Notes under the pieces: model-generated
The model's input: only the letters and a program-made list of their open reading frames with translations
Told to the model about the DNA's origin: nothing
Databases searched by the model: none
Virus record (IMG/VR): IMGVR_UViG_3300043464_002284
Span: 124,001 to 188,000 of that record
Strand: one strand, 5' to 3'
Length of the DNA: 64,000 nucleotides
Part shown: piece by piece, positions 39,123 through 52,137 of the stretch
Layout: each line of letters begins with the position of its first letter
How positions within the stretch are numbered: the first letter of the stretch is position 1
Position numbers and translations under genes: made by a program

Positions 39123-39734
39123 ATGACAAACAAAATATCACTTCTGGGGGATGTGCATGGTAAATATAAACGGATGCACGAAATTATTCGTGAGAAAGAT
39201 AAGCACGAATATATAGTTGCTCTAGGAGATGTAGGATTTGATTATGGCACACTATTCAATGTTAATTCAGATAAATTTAAAATTGTAGGAGGAAATCATG
39301 ACCATTATGATAGGATTATTCATATTCCTCATTACCTTGGGGATTTTGGTTACTCATGCTTGAATGGGGTGAATTTTTTCTATTACAGAGGGGCTTATAG
39401 TATTGATCGTGGATATAGAACAGTCGGAATAGACTGGTGGGAGCAAGAGCAACTTACTATAGATCAATTTATGAAAGCCAGAGAGCTTTATAGAGAAATT
39501 AAACCAGATATCGTTTTAACTCATGATTGTCCAGACGAGGTTAGTTTAAAGATATTAGATGCTAACCAAAGAAAATATGAGAACCTAACAGGGTGGGCTT
39601 TGCAAGAGCTATTTAATATTCATCAACCTAAGAAGTGGCGATTCGGTCATTATCATAAGAGTTGGAATATGAATATAAGTGGCACTGACTTTAGATGTTT
39701 AAATGAATTGGAAACGGAACTATTGACAGTCTAG
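39123..39734 (+). CDS. Calcineurin-like metallophosphoesterase
   Basis: GDVHG, GDVG, GNHD, THDCP, GHYH. Confidence 0.88.
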   Translation: MTNKISLLGDVHGKYKRMHEIIREKDKHEYIVALGDVGFDYGTLFNVNSDKFKIVGGNHDHYDRIIHIPHYLGDFGYSCLNGVNFFYYRGAYSIDRGYRTVGIDWWEQEQLTIDQFMKARELYREIKPDIVLTHDCPDEVSLKILDANQRKYENLTGWALQELFNIHQPKKWRFGHYHKSWNMNISGTDFRCLNELETELLTV

Positions 39735-40566
39735 TATCGGGTAGTATAATTAAAATGTTGATGCCGAAAGGTTGGGGTCGCGGGTATCCTCACAATCAAC
39801 AATCCGTAGGTTTTGTTTGCAGAAAAGTTTTCGTAAATGACCAAAACCAATTCTGCTTTAACATAAGGATTAGATCATGTGGAATCATAGAATAATTAGG
39901 CATATTGACCCAAGAGCTAACATGGATGATAGTATTTATTATGCTATCCATGAAGTTTATTATGATGAAGATGGGAAAGTAAAAGGCTGGACAGAAGAAC
40001 CTATTAGAATTATGGAAGAAAGCTTAGAAGATCTTAAAGTTACACTACAAAGACTAATAGAATCTTTTGATAATCCTGTTCTTGATGAGGAAACCAAGGA
40101 GGCTATTCTGTGACAGAAAATGAAAAGTTTGTCATATTCTGGCTATATAATACAGTTGCTAAAAGGATGCCAGATAATCCTTATGGTTCAAACGATATTT
40201 TAGTCAATGGTATCAACGTAACAGAAACCGTTAGGAAACTATTACAAGATAGACTATTTGTATGAATGAAATAGAAAAAGCGAACATACTTGAAATTATC
40301 AAACTATGTAATCGAAAAATTAAAGATCAAAAAGATCATGAGTCTACATCTGGATACGGTGAAGATTATAATGATGGTAGGATTGTTGGTGGTGCTGCAT
40401 TAGCACGAAGAATACTAACCATACTAAAACATATCGAGTTTTAATTATGAATGAATTACCAGATAGTAAAATTCCTTGGTGGGATAATCACTATGAAGAT
40501 ACTTATAGTGAAGAAGTAGAAGATGGTTATCCTTATGATATGGGAACTAAAATACAGGAATAAATT

Positions 40567-41349
40567 ATGTGGTTCAGACCAAAAACAAGAACTTATTACT
40601 GGAGTTGTTCTAAGTTCGCTGACTTTGTTCGTGGAGAGAAGAAACCCTTTGCTTTAGAGTGGGGCAAATGGGACGAATGGTATAAAGAACAAAAAAAGAA
40701 AAGACCAATAAGATATTGGTTGGCAGAAGAAGGACTATCAAAACTCCAAGACATTCTATTCTTCCCTTGTGATGTTTATACGGAGATTAGATACTATGTT
40801 AATAACCGTTGGATAACTAAAACACATTATCTAAAAACTGGACTAAAACCGGGACATTACTATGAGCTTGACTACAGAATTCTTCATGGTTTGTTTAATG
40901 AGCTTGTGGATTTTGTAGAGATTGAATATGCACACCTAGCAAAATGGTCTCTTAAAAAAGGTACTAAAAAATACAAGTTCAAACATGGTCGATCAATTGA
41001 AGCAGGATTAGCTTATCTAAAGTGGGCTTGTTCTTTAAAGTATACCAAAGATTGGGGAGTAGATAAAAAAGACCCAAAGTACGGAAAACCAACCCACCAA
41101 GCCATCTCTGCACAAAAGATTAAAGAACTTTATCTCTGGTGGAAAGATCGTCCTAATCGACCAGAACCAATGACTGTTGCTGGATTAAACTGGGATCAGA
41201 ATAAAGAAGACAACTTGATGGGTGGAAAGATATCTAAAAAAGAACTACTGGAATTTAAAAAGCTTGAAAAGATCGAAGCGGACTACGAAAAAGAAGATAC
41301 AAAAATGCTTATTGAACTTATTAAAATCCGTAAGGAGTTGTGGTCATGA
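40567..41349 (+). CDS. Phage hypothetical protein
   Basis: 260-aa ORF in plus-strand run. Confidence 0.7.
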   Translation: MWFRPKTRTYYWSCSKFADFVRGEKKPFALEWGKWDEWYKEQKKKRPIRYWLAEEGLSKLQDILFFPCDVYTEIRYYVNNRWITKTHYLKTGLKPGHYYELDYRILHGLFNELVDFVEIEYAHLAKWSLKKGTKKYKFKHGRSIEAGLAYLKWACSLKYTKDWGVDKKDPKYGKPTHQAISAQKIKELYLWWKDRPNRPEPMTVAGLNWDQNKEDNLMGGKISKKELLEFKKLEKIEADYEKEDTKMLIELIKIRKELWS

Positions 41350-41693
41350 GAAAAGTTAATCTAGAACATGATCTTATCAAATCAGATTATATCACAGATA
41401 AATGTATAAACAGTGATTCATATAGCCAAAATCTTTATGCGGCTATGTGCAACAATTTATTCTATAAGAATGATGAAGAATGGAGTTGTTCTTGGAGATA
41501 TGCTGGGGGTGTTTTAGCAGACATACGAAATATGGGAGAGAGTTATATTGATTGGTATTGTTCTGGAATAGGTAGTCATCATGATGGATATGTTGGAGAG
41601 AGTTTTGTTACGGATGAAATTCGATCAGACCTACTTCAACTAGGATGGACTATCAAAGAATATCCTCAGAGTGAACAGGTTGATGCTATCTAG
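41340..41693 (+). CDS. Phage hypothetical protein
   Basis: LYAAMCNN...WSCSWRYAGG...YIDWYCSG motif. Confidence 0.65.
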   Translation: MVMRKVNLEHDLIKSDYITDKCINSDSYSQNLYAAMCNNLFYKNDEEWSCSWRYAGGVLADIRNMGESYIDWYCSGIGSHHDGYVGESFVTDEIRSDLLQLGWTIKEYPQSEQVDAI

Positions 41694-42815
41694 GGAGTTC
41701 CTATTAAAAAGAGGGTACTGCTGCCCCTTGGATGCTTCAACTGCCCTTATAACGAGCAACCAGAGGGCTTGACAAAGGAACCAGAGGACGTTAAACTAGA
41801 AGTGAACGACGAATCATCCACTCAAAAGGAAAAGCAATGAACGAGTCAGTAAATCAAGCTATTTGTGATTTCTATAATAGTGTTTGGAATTATATGAAAG
41901 CTGAATATAAGCCAAAGTGGGCCAGACTTTATAATGCTGAAGATACTTTGGATGAAATGATTCAGATTACTGGACAGTATTATCTTGGCGGGAACAATGT
42001 TGTAGATACTGCCGGAGATATTGTGACTCTTCTTAAAAAGAGAAGCAAGTGACCTACTCTGATTTTAGAAATAAAATTGATCATGATCTTAAAAAGTATG
42101 GTTTAAGGTATGGTCAAACAGTGATGAATACTTTGTCAGAAGTTTGGCCGGAAAAAAATAGAGAATTAACATCAACAGATTGGGACTGTTTCTATAATGA
42201 TAACAAAGCAGACACTCTACTAAATTACTTAGAAAAAATATGGAACCATGAAACAACTTGAAAAGAAAGATCCTCTCTTTGATATAGACAATTATATTAA
42301 TAGCTTAGAAAAGACCATAGAGCAACAGAAATACACAATAGAGTCTCTTAAAAACGAGATTAGAACTCAAAGAAAAGAAATAGGTTCTTTGCGAGAAGAA
42401 CGCGGATCGCTATTAGATCAAGACAAGCCGCCGATGTTTGACCACAACCTATGGATAGAAAATGGAGATAATAATGAAAGATAAGACAGAAGTTTTTGCT
42501 ATTGGTACTGACGTTAAACTGGCTGAAGATGTATTCGGCAAGGTAACAGGGATTAATATTCGTGGAAATAATTCGATCAGCTATGAAATTGGCTGGTGGA
42601 ATGGACGAAGTTATGACTGCAAGAGTTTTGCTGACTATGAAATTGAAAGCACTCTATCTACAACAAAGCAAAGAATTGGTTTTGCTTGAAGTCTTGACAA
42701 GAGAAAACCGATAAGATAGAATGAGGAACTGGATGGATTGGGATTTTACTTGGTTAATCGAACTAACTTTAGTGATTATTGTGTTTTTTGTTTTTGGTTA
42801 TTTTTTAGGGGTTAA

Positions 42816-43145
42816 TTGGTGAACTCTACAGCTACTAATTTTCATGACCATATTAACATATGGTTAGATGCTCTTGAAATAAAAGCTAAACAGCAAACTT
42901 ATGGAGATGAACAAACCGTTTATTATTTCTTCAAAGAAAACAAGAAATACTACAAAATTACTCAAGTTTGGGAAGGTGTTGAGACTATTCATGCTTTCGT
43001 AGATAAAAATACCGGAGATATTTATAAGCCAGCAAGCTATAAGGCTCCATATAAAGATGCTAGATACAACTTATTCCATGACCACAAAAAACTGATTGAT
43101 GAATGTGATTGGGCAGGAAGTTATTTATACAAGAGGACTGGATGA
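42816..43145 (+). CDS. Phage hypothetical protein
   Basis: KYYKI...HAFVDKNTGDIYKPASYKAP motif seen in large-phage hypothetical proteins. Confidence 0.65.
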   Translation: MVNSTATNFHDHINIWLDALEIKAKQQTYGDEQTVYYFFKENKKYYKITQVWEGVETIHAFVDKNTGDIYKPASYKAPYKDARYNLFHDHKKLIDECDWAGSYLYKRTG

Positions 43146-44622
43146 CTAATAAAGACCAAATTAAAAAAGCGCTAGAAACAATAGGCACAGAAAAAGCATT
43201 GCAGTGTTTGATTGAAAGTATTGACGAGAGTACAGAATGGAACAAGGCTCCTATCTGGAAGTTTAAACTCATCGAAAATTTAGAAGATGCCTATAATTCA
43301 TACATGGATCAATTTAGCAAGGAGACAACTAATGCGTCTTGATTTGGCTATGGGATTAAAGGTTGGAGACAAGATTGTTAATGTGTTTATGGATGAGCTT
43401 GTTATATCAGCAATAGACCATAGTTATGATCCAAAACCACCAGTATTTATCGCATTAGATACTATGCTACAAAAACACTACTTGTGGTTTGATGATATTT
43501 ATTATCCAGATTTGTCTGATATTTGCGACGAAGAAAAGAGTTTTGTTCTTTGGGCTAAAGACAACAGACAATTTGTTGGAGAAAATTCGCGTCTACTCAA
43601 GACTGTTTATATGCAAGGATTCTCTATGGGCTTTGAACACAGAAGAAGGATCACGCACGAAGAGGCTATGCAAAAATGAGCGAGACATATGATCCCAACT
43701 GGAATCCAGACGATTACGATATGGCACTCAAGTATGAGCCTATGAATTTATCTAAAGTCAGCATTATCCTGTCACAATATAAAGGACAGCAGGTTTTAGA
43801 TTACATCATTGAGCTATATAAGTTAATTGAATATCAAAAGAAAAGAATATTTGAGCAAGAAAAAGAGATCATTGCTTTGAGACATGAGAAAGCATGGAAG
43901 CATTATGATAAACCTATAGAAAATTATGATCCAACCACAAGAAAGTATGTTGACAAACCACCCAAGTCTGGTAACATGAGTTGTTAATATGATGATCTCC
44001 GAAATCAAAAAATGGGCTAAAACACAGGGTTATGAAGTAATTAAAGACAAGGAAGATGGTCTTTATTATTGGGCTAAGTTAGATGCTGGGCCGGATGCCA
44101 GCGGAGTAGCCAAAAGTGTGAGTAAAGTAGCTACCGCTATTTTTAATCATATCACAGAAGATAAGTGGGTTGAGCATCAAACCAAGTTTAAGGAAGAACA
44201 AGTCGATATTCAATTCACTGTGAGCGATTATGGAAAATAAAGAAGAAGTTAAAACACAAATGATACCAGTAGTTCCAGCACTAACTTTTGGAGGTATAAT
44301 TAATGCCTCTGTAAGTGGTATTGTTAGTTTTATAGCTGTATACTTCTTTACTCCAGTATGGAATAAGATTACTAATTATTGGAACAATAATGAAATACAT
44401 TAAGTTTGTTTCTAAGACAGATGAATGGTTTGATGCTGGTACGGAAGTTTTTGATGCTACAATATGCGATTGGGGAAGAACTTTAAAGAGAATGGCTGTT
44501 GATGACTATGCCGTTTGGCTAAAAGCTGGACATATTCTTGGTAGAGGACTAAAGAATGGATTTTGGGATGAGGAACTTTGTCCATTAGAAGAGTTTGAAA
44601 TATCATATACAGAGGATCAAGT

Positions 44623-45270
44623 ATGAGTGTAAAACTAATTTCAGTGACTCCAGACGCAGAAAAGTTAATGGCATATTGTGCCAGAGTAAGTAATCCAAGT
44701 AATCAAGACAACGACAATTATTCAAAGCTATTGGCTTATTGCATTAAGCATCAGCACTGGAGTATTTTTGAACAAGCTTTTATGACCGTTGAAATCAACA
44801 CCACAAGAGGATTAGCTGCTCAAATTCTCAGACATAGAAGTTTTACTTTTCAGGAATTTAGTCAAAGATATGCTGATACTACATTACTAGCTGAAGATAT
44901 TCCAACTTTTGAATTGCGAAGACAAGACAATAAAAATAGACAGAATAGTATTGATGATATATCTGATGAGACTAAAGTAAAATGGAATACTAAAATTCGT
45001 GAACATTTTGCAAAAGCTAAGTCTATCTATGATGGTATGATAGCTGACGGCATAGCTAAAGAATGTGCTAGATTTGTTTTGCCATTAGCAACTCCCACTA
45101 GACTTTATATGAGTGGTTCTATTCGTAGTTGGATTCACTATATTGAATTACGATCCTCAAATGGAACTCAAAAAGAACATAGACTTATTGTAGAAGAAAT
45201 CAAGAAAGTTTTTTCAGAACAATTCCCCACAGTTTCAGAAGCACTAGGATGGAATAATGGAAATGTATAA
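44623..45270 (+). CDS. thyX: FAD-dependent thymidylate synthase
   Basis: [23 protein letters not shown] (RHR-x7-S), KECARFVLP. Confidence 0.97.
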   Translation: MSVKLISVTPDAEKLMAYCARVSNPSNQDNDNYSKLLAYCIKHQHWSIFEQAFMTVEINTTRGLAAQILRHRSFTFQEFSQRYADTTLLAEDIPTFELRRQDNKNRQNSIDDISDETKVKWNTKIREHFAKAKSIYDGMIADGIAKECARFVLPLATPTRLYMSGSIRSWIHYIELRSSNGTQKEHRLIVEEIKKVFSEQFPTVSEALGWNNGNV

Positions 45271-45428
45271 TATCACAGCACAGGTGTATGAATTACATGA
45301 CGCTTCTAAGCAACATCTTTTAATTAATCAAGTTATAGATGCTGATTCAGAAGAGGATGCTATTTTTCAATTTAAGAATCAATATCGTATTAAATTTCAG
45401 GTAGTTAAAATCCATTCAGTAGAACAGT

Positions 45429-46070
45429 TTGAATATGGAAACCAAACCTAACTTAACTCTTAAAATTGTTAGAGAATTACTTGATCATGGATTCTCTGTA
45501 CTATTATATAACGTAGAACAACTACCAGATGCTTGTGGTGGATGGTGTTCTATTGATGAAAATGAGAGAGAATTTGTGGTGGCTATGAAGCATCACATGG
45601 GCTTTGAGATTCTGATTCATGAATATTGTCATTTCTTACAATGGAAAACTGATCGTAAATTATGGGATAAAAGTATGTCTACTTATGATATTCTTTTTGA
45701 CTGGATTAGTTTCCCCTCACTGGTTCATAATGCTTTTATTAAGGATAATAAGTTTACTCAACAAGAACTAGATCAAAGTTTGCATGATATTCTAGAGATA
45801 GAACATGATTGTGAAAAAAGAGTTCTGAAATTAGTTAAGAATTGTCCTATTGAGGATTTTGATACAGATAAATATATTCGTGCTGCCAACGCTTATTTGT
45901 GGTCTTATCATTTAAATAGAGAATTAAGAATGAGACCTAAGAATCCTATTTATTCAGAAAGAGTGCTGGAGCATATGCCGAATACTTTTAATTCCGATCT
46001 ATCTTTTTATCTAGATCGTTATAATCTTACCGATTCTATTCGACAAGCATTGCTGGTTGAATACGAATAA
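45429..46070 (+). CDS. Zincin-like metallopeptidase-motif protein
   Basis: LIHEYCHFLQW...EIEHDCE. Confidence 0.55.
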   Translation: MNMETKPNLTLKIVRELLDHGFSVLLYNVEQLPDACGGWCSIDENEREFVVAMKHHMGFEILIHEYCHFLQWKTDRKLWDKSMSTYDILFDWISFPSLVHNAFIKDNKFTQQELDQSLHDILEIEHDCEKRVLKLVKNCPIEDFDTDKYIRAANAYLWSYHLNRELRMRPKNPIYSERVLEHMPNTFNSDLSFYLDRYNLTDSIRQALLVEYE

Positions 46071-46131
46071 TTCTCAAGTCTGGCTTGACAACTTGACGAT
46101 ACTAGGATATAATCTCAGCACAGGAGACACT

Positions 46132-47043
46132 ATGAATAAACTTGGATTATGTTGTATATCCCTCAATCTGAAAGAACAGGGATTTAGTCATCAGACTATG
46201 ACTTTTAAACGATTCAATTCTTTGCCGCGAGAAGAAGCACTAGACATTCTTGGTGATAGAATCCAAAACAATCTGGAAGTAACCAATAAAACAATTCAAT
46301 TTTGTGCAGAAAACAACTATGTTTATCGTGTTAGTAGCGACATTTTTCCTCTTATTACTTACGATGAGGCTAATGTAAGTCTTGAAGATTTGCCTAATTA
46401 TGACGAAATACAAGATGCGTTTGACAATCTTTCAGAAACTATTTCCTCTACTAGCGTTCGTGTTTCTGCTCATCCAAGTGAATTTAACAGTCTGGCTAGT
46501 CTCAACGAAAAAGTTATCGAAAAAACCATTACAGAACTCAATTTCTACAGCAGTTTCTTTGACAGAATTGGACTTCCAGCAGATCGTAGATCGCCAATGA
46601 ATTTCCATATTCATAATAATAATGGAACCAGAGAAGAAATCGCCCACAGGTTCTACAACAACTTTAAGAAACTGGACAATAACTGTCAGGCTCGCATCAC
46701 AATCGAAAACGATGACAAACTTAACTGCTGGAGTGTGAAAGAATTAGTAGATATCTTCCATCCGATTACTCGTATTCCAATATGTTTCGACTATTTACAT
46801 CACAAGTGCCACCCAAATGGTCTGACAGAACGCGAAGCGATTAATATGTGTTGGGATACTTGGCAAACCAGACCACTTTTTCATTATAGTGAAAGTAGAG
46901 AGGGAAATAATCCACGGGCGCACGCAGATTATCCAGAAAATACTTTTGATAATTATGGTCTTGAGTTTGATATTGATCTAGAACTAAAAGCAAAAGACTT
47001 GGCTCTTGCAAAATATGATTCGTTACTAAACTGTGTTTCTTAA
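46132..47043 (+). CDS. uvsE: UV-damage endonuclease (UvsE/UvdE)
   Basis: LGLCCI, YRVSSDIFP, SAHP, TIENDD, FDYLHH, HYSES, HAD, ELKAKD. Confidence 0.93.
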   Translation: MNKLGLCCISLNLKEQGFSHQTMTFKRFNSLPREEALDILGDRIQNNLEVTNKTIQFCAENNYVYRVSSDIFPLITYDEANVSLEDLPNYDEIQDAFDNLSETISSTSVRVSAHPSEFNSLASLNEKVIEKTITELNFYSSFFDRIGLPADRRSPMNFHIHNNNGTREEIAHRFYNNFKKLDNNCQARITIENDDKLNCWSVKELVDIFHPITRIPICFDYLHHKCHPNGLTEREAINMCWDTWQTRPLFHYSESREGNNPRAHADYPENTFDNYGLEFDIDLELKAKDLALAKYDSLLNCVS

Positions 47044-47531
47044 ATATAAGGAGATAATTATGGCTCAAATCGGTGCAATTTCAATTAGTCCCAATGTTAA
47101 TACTCAAGCAATCATTAACTTGCTAAAGGAAGATAAGAAGATTACTATTGGTCAGGAACAGACTGCTCCCGATGGCTCTCGCTATATCCCCATAGAGAAG
47201 AACTAAAATGTCGGCTAACCTTATTCTTATTACTGGTATAATATATCTTTATATAGCCATTGAACAAGGTTATCTACATAATAATTATGGTATGTTTATT
47301 GCATATCTTGGTTATGCGGCGGCGAATGTTGGATTATATATCTTAGCTTCTAAGTAGGAGGTCTTATGAAAGAACCTAAAAGAATTAAACTTGATCCAGA
47401 AACTCCAACACCAAAAGAACCAACCAAACGCCCATTACCTCCGCTGATTAAACCGGAGTGGAATGTAACTGGTCAAGATAATGATGATGTTTATACTCCA
47501 CTAGACCTAGATAAGATTAATAGATTATTGG

Positions 47532-47993
47532 ATGAAACGAATGAAGATAATTCATAAAACAATCAAGAAATCTTATGATAATTGGAGTCCTAGTTCTTTG
47601 ATTCGCTGCTATCATTATGCTGCTGCTTTTGATGGCACAAAAATGATTGAGTTTGCACAAAATAATCCTATCAAGATGAGTACAAAGGCTTTCAGAATAG
47701 GAAAAAGATTTAATATCCCCAAATATTTGGAGTATCCTTATGTTCATAGTGAGTCTCATCTTATTTCTAAATTACTTGATCGCTATAACTCCATTGATCC
47801 TAATTGGAGCATATGTGTCTTACGAATTAACAGACAGGGATTAATACTTGGAAGTAAACCTTGTGTTAATTGTTCTAAGCTATTAAATGCTGTGGGATTA
47901 AATAACGTCTATCATAGTGATGATGATGGAAACTTTGTTTGTCCTACTAAAACCATCAAGATTGAACGCATGGTAGATATTCCCCATGTTTGA
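47532..47993 (+). CDS. Cytidine/dCMP-deaminase-fold protein
   Basis: VHSESHLI...SKPCVNC zinc motif. Confidence 0.7.
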   Translation: MKRMKIIHKTIKKSYDNWSPSSLIRCYHYAAAFDGTKMIEFAQNNPIKMSTKAFRIGKRFNIPKYLEYPYVHSESHLISKLLDRYNSIDPNWSICVLRINRQGLILGSKPCVNCSKLLNAVGLNNVYHSDDDGNFVCPTKTIKIERMVDIPHV

Positions 47994-48367
47994 ACCAGAG
48001 TGGATGGAATATTTTGAGAGAGAAGCTCCGTTTTCCTATTACTGTATTATTTGTTTGGGATACTTAGGTAAAATACTATTTTATTTCTCGTATGTTATAC
48101 TCTTGATATTTTTATTTGTTCCTCTTTTCATGATATACTCTGGCACAAAAGCTATTAAAATCAAATTAGTAGAGGATAAAAAGCATAAAAAACTACGCAA
48201 AGAAAAAGAGAAACAAGAACAGCTTCATCAGAACCTATATTTAGATCATCTAGACAGAAATATAAAAAAGAAAAAGAAACACAAATAGTTTCTAAAGTCT
48301 GCCTGTTGACAACTCCGATACTTGTGGTATAAAACATGAGTTGTCACCGTGTCATTTTGGAGAAACT

Positions 48368-48586
48368 ATGAATTGCATTTATTGCAAAAATTGTGTTGGT
48401 GTTGAAAGATATGAGTTTCTTATAGAAACCAATAGAAATATTGTATGTAAAGAATGTTCAGCAGAACAAAAAGCTGTTGGATATATGGATTGGGGACATA
48501 AGACCGCACCAAGCTTGGTTATGGTTCCAAGCAATGCTAAAGAGACTATTAGGATTTTGAACAGAGCAAACAGGAGAGCTAGATGA
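48368..48586 (+). CDS. DksA/TraR-like C4 zinc-finger protein
   Basis: CIYC...ERYEFL...CKEC; own promoter 48306-48333. Confidence 0.5.
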   Translation: MNCIYCKNCVGVERYEFLIETNRNIVCKECSAEQKAVGYMDWGHKTAPSLVMVPSNAKETIRILNRANRRAR

Positions 48587-49328
48587 CTAATGAATTTGAG
48601 CTTGAGGGACTATTGTTTAAGCAGGTTGAGAAGCCTAAAAATCATTTGATGACTAAAGTTATTAATGTATTCCATGACTATTATCGAATTAATGTTTATA
48701 CTCAGATTGAAGAAGAGGGATTGTTGAAGCGAAAAATTTCTCAAAGCTACATGACAACTTTTAGAAACAATGTTTTGACTATTATTCCAGATCCAGATAA
48801 AAAGCCAGACGATCTTAAAAAGAAAAGGTGAGTTATGCCGATAGCAACTTTAAAATTTAAACTACCAGAAGAACAATACGAGTTTGATACTGCTATTCAA
48901 GCTGGTGATGCTAAAAGAATGTTGTGGGATTTTTCTCAACAACTACGATCTTGGCAGAAATACAGCAATGATTTTACCGACGCGGGCGATGCTCTTGACA
49001 AGATTAGATCAGAATTTCACAGATTAGTTACAGAATATAATATCAACATAGACTAAGGAGATTATTATGCCACTATTTGAAGTTAATACCGTTTCTTTGT
49101 TTCGTCATAAGTATGTTATTGAGGCTAAGAGTCTTGAACACGCATATGATACTGTATTGATTGATAAGCCAGAAGAATTGACCCAAAAACATCTTGAAGA
49201 AACTATTCTTGATGGTCGAAAGATTGGTCGAAAAGAATTTGAAAGACTTTGCGATGAATCTCTTAACGATAGTACAGAATTGAGTAATGCTCATCTTGGA
49301 ACACGAATTATACACAAGGTAGACTATA

Positions 49329-49736
49329 ATGAGTCCTGAACTAACAGCTAAATTAATTTCAGCCTATCCTGAACAGTTTAAAAATCTTACATGGATAGAA
49401 TGTGGGGATGGTTGGTTTAATATCCTATCCAAGCTATGTTATATTGTAGATAATCGTCTTCATTACAAGCAAAAGATTAATGAGCCTCTAGATTTTTTCT
49501 ATTGGAGTCAGATTAAAGAAAAGTTTGGCGGACTAAGAGCCTATGCTTATGGTGCTGATGACTTTATTAGAGGAGCAATAGAAATGGCAGAAAGTATGAG
49601 TTATATCACTTGTGAAGTAACTGGTGAAAGAGGAAAACTTCGCAAACAAAGAATAGACGATGAAGGAGAGCCAGTTATGGCATGGATTAAAACTCTTTGT
49701 GACACTGAGGCTAAGAAAGAAGGATATGTAGTATGA
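49329..49736 (+). CDS. Phage hypothetical protein
   Basis: ECGDGW...QIKEKFGGLR...CEVTG motif. Confidence 0.65.
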   Translation: MSPELTAKLISAYPEQFKNLTWIECGDGWFNILSKLCYIVDNRLHYKQKINEPLDFFYWSQIKEKFGGLRAYAYGADDFIRGAIEMAESMSYITCEVTGERGKLRKQRIDDEGEPVMAWIKTLCDTEAKKEGYVV

Positions 49737-50419
49737 CTTTTGATGCTATAGTTATTAGCGATATTCATTTAGGAAGTAATGTTTGTCAAGCTAAAACTCT
49801 GGCATCTTTTTTGTCTAGGATTGAACTTGGAGAGACTGATACTGACACTTTGATTATTAACGGTGATTTGTTTGATAGTTGGGATTTTCGCAAACTTAAA
49901 AAAGATCATTGGAAAATACTATCTCAAATCCGTAAAATATCTGACATTATTAAGGTTATCTGGATTAGAGGCAATCATGATGGGCCTGCTGATATGGTGA
50001 GTCATTTGATTGGGGTTGATTTTATGAATGAGTATAGTTTTATCAGCGGAGATGAAAAAATACTAATCTTGCATGGTGACATTTTTGATAATGTGATTTC
50101 AAAACATCCTAGATTGACGAAAATAGCTGACTATGTTTACCGATGGCTACAGATTTATGCTGGGCTATATTTCTCCAACCTTGCTAAACGCAGCAGTAAA
50201 ACCTTTTTAAGATGTTCTCAGGAAGTTTGTGATAGGGCTAAGTCTTATTGTTCTATTAAGAAATGTGACTCAATAATTTGTGGTCATACTCATTTAGCTA
50301 CAACTGATGTTTCTGGATCAACCCATTACTATAATAGCGGATGCTGGACAGATCATCCATGTTCATATATTTCAATTAAAGATGGTCACATTAAAATAAA
50401 TTATGTGGATATCCTGTAG
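49733..50419 (+). CDS. LpxH/YbbF-like metallophosphoesterase
   Basis: ISDIHLG, GDLFD, GNHD, HGD, CGHTH, NSGCW. Confidence 0.88.
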   Translation: MTFDAIVISDIHLGSNVCQAKTLASFLSRIELGETDTDTLIINGDLFDSWDFRKLKKDHWKILSQIRKISDIIKVIWIRGNHDGPADMVSHLIGVDFMNEYSFISGDEKILILHGDIFDNVISKHPRLTKIADYVYRWLQIYAGLYFSNLAKRSSKTFLRCSQEVCDRAKSYCSIKKCDSIICGHTHLATTDVSGSTHYYNSGCWTDHPCSYISIKDGHIKINYVDIL

Positions 50420-50520
50420 ATTTTGAAAAAATCTCAGAACCACTAAAGAATCCCTCTTGACAGTGCCGATAATTGAGTTATACTTAGGATGTAACGTCAA
50501 CAAACACAGGAGAAAAGAAA

Positions 50521-50925
50521 ATGGGTAAGGGTCAAAAAACTTGTGAAAAATGTGGAGCTACCACAGGCCCGCGAGCTTATCTGTGTCCTAAATGCAATGC
50601 TCCGTTCGTCTTTAAGGCAAAGAGCAAAGAGGCAAAGAACACAAAGATTATTCGTGACTTTAATTGGAAGGAACTGATCAAGGGAGACAGAATCAGGGTT
50701 GGTGGAGGCCCATACTTTGCTAAGGGTGCTGAATTCATCCCGATGGGTTATAGGGGTCGTTTTGTTGTCGAGGGGATCGACCAGCATGGAATTAAAGCAT
50801 GGGGTCTGGACAAGCATCAAGGCTTCTGCCATATTTATATGGGGCCGGATATTCAGAACAAAGAGACTGGCGTTTGGAAGATTAAGCACAAGCTTATGAA
50901 ACTCAAACAAAAGGTGGAGGCATAA
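50521..50925 (+). CDS. Zinc-ribbon protein
   Basis: CEKCG...CPKCN; own promoter 50457-50484. Confidence 0.6.
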   Translation: MGKGQKTCEKCGATTGPRAYLCPKCNAPFVFKAKSKEAKNTKIIRDFNWKELIKGDRIRVGGGPYFAKGAEFIPMGYRGRFVVEGIDQHGIKAWGLDKHQGFCHIYMGPDIQNKETGVWKIKHKLMKLKQKVEA

Positions 50926-51206
50926 TGTCTCTCACCCAAGAACAAAAAGATCAGATCAATAGTCTGCTTGATAATAGAGACAAGATAGTCAATAGTCTCT
51001 ATCATATCGAACGTATTCTGAAAACCTATTTTCCAGAAGAATTTGAACGAGCAATCCAATTCTATCTACCTCAAATTACCACTGCTCTTTATGAGGATAA
51101 AAAGTGGCTAAGTAGGGGCGAATACAGTTTGCAGAACACTATTGACAATCTGCTTGAGCGGTGTAAAATTGATAGTGACGGTAAGGGTACTACAAAATAT
51201 CTTTAA

Positions 51207-51933
51207 TTGGAACAAATAATGGAAAGCTATAGCGTTATTGATTTGGAAGGTTATGCAAAAGCTATGAGGGATGGGGCAGCATCTTCTTTTGAGAAGGATT
51301 ATACTGAGAATTTGGATGAGTTTATCACTATTGGTCAGGTGATCAACATGATTAAAAAGAACAACCTGGGTCTGGATGAGGAAGGACACTATCTAATCAA
51401 TGAGGATATTTTTGAAGATGTATTCAACAATATCAGAACTTGGCTTTATGAAGTAGGTTTATGTAAACTAGCAGCAAAAGGCTTCGTAGACTGCTCATGG
51501 GATGATGAATCTAACGAAATGGTATTCTGGTTGGCTAACAAAGATAAGACAGAAATTCCTGCTAAACCCTCAAAGGATAATGATGACTAATTATATTAAG
51601 ATTAGAAACCTGAAGCTTTTTATTAATAGCATTAGAAAAAATGCCGCTATGGTTTTCCCAGAATCATATTATGAACAAATAGATCATTTAATTTCTTTGT
51701 CTCAAACAGAAAATCTAGCTAGACAATATATTGAGCCTGGATATAATAATGAATTTATTCTTAGCGATGAGAATTATGATCTTCTTTGTGAAGAAATTAA
51801 AAAGTGGATTTATAACTCAAGTTTGAGCTTGGTGGCTTCATCTGGAAATATAGAGTGTGCTTGGGATGATGACTCTAATGAGATGATTTTTTGGCATCCA
51901 GAATCACACGAAACATTCAACACTATTAAATAA
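51207..51933 (+). CDS. Two tandem paralogous hypothetical proteins (51207-51590, 51578-51933)
   Basis: Shared C-terminal DCSWDDESNEMVFW / ECAWDDDSNEMIFW. Confidence 0.65.
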
Positions 51934-52137
51934 TATGTCTCAACAAGAAATACAAGAACTTAAAGAGCAAATACATGACTTAAAGGAATATCTATATTCT
52001 GACTTGTGTAAGGCTTGTGGAGACGCAGCATTAGCTCTAGATAAAATTAGTGAAAGACTAAATCAGCTAGAGTCTCAACAAAATTCCTAAAGGTCTTGAC
52101 AGTGGTTGGTCGATATGATACAATAGAAAAATAACAC

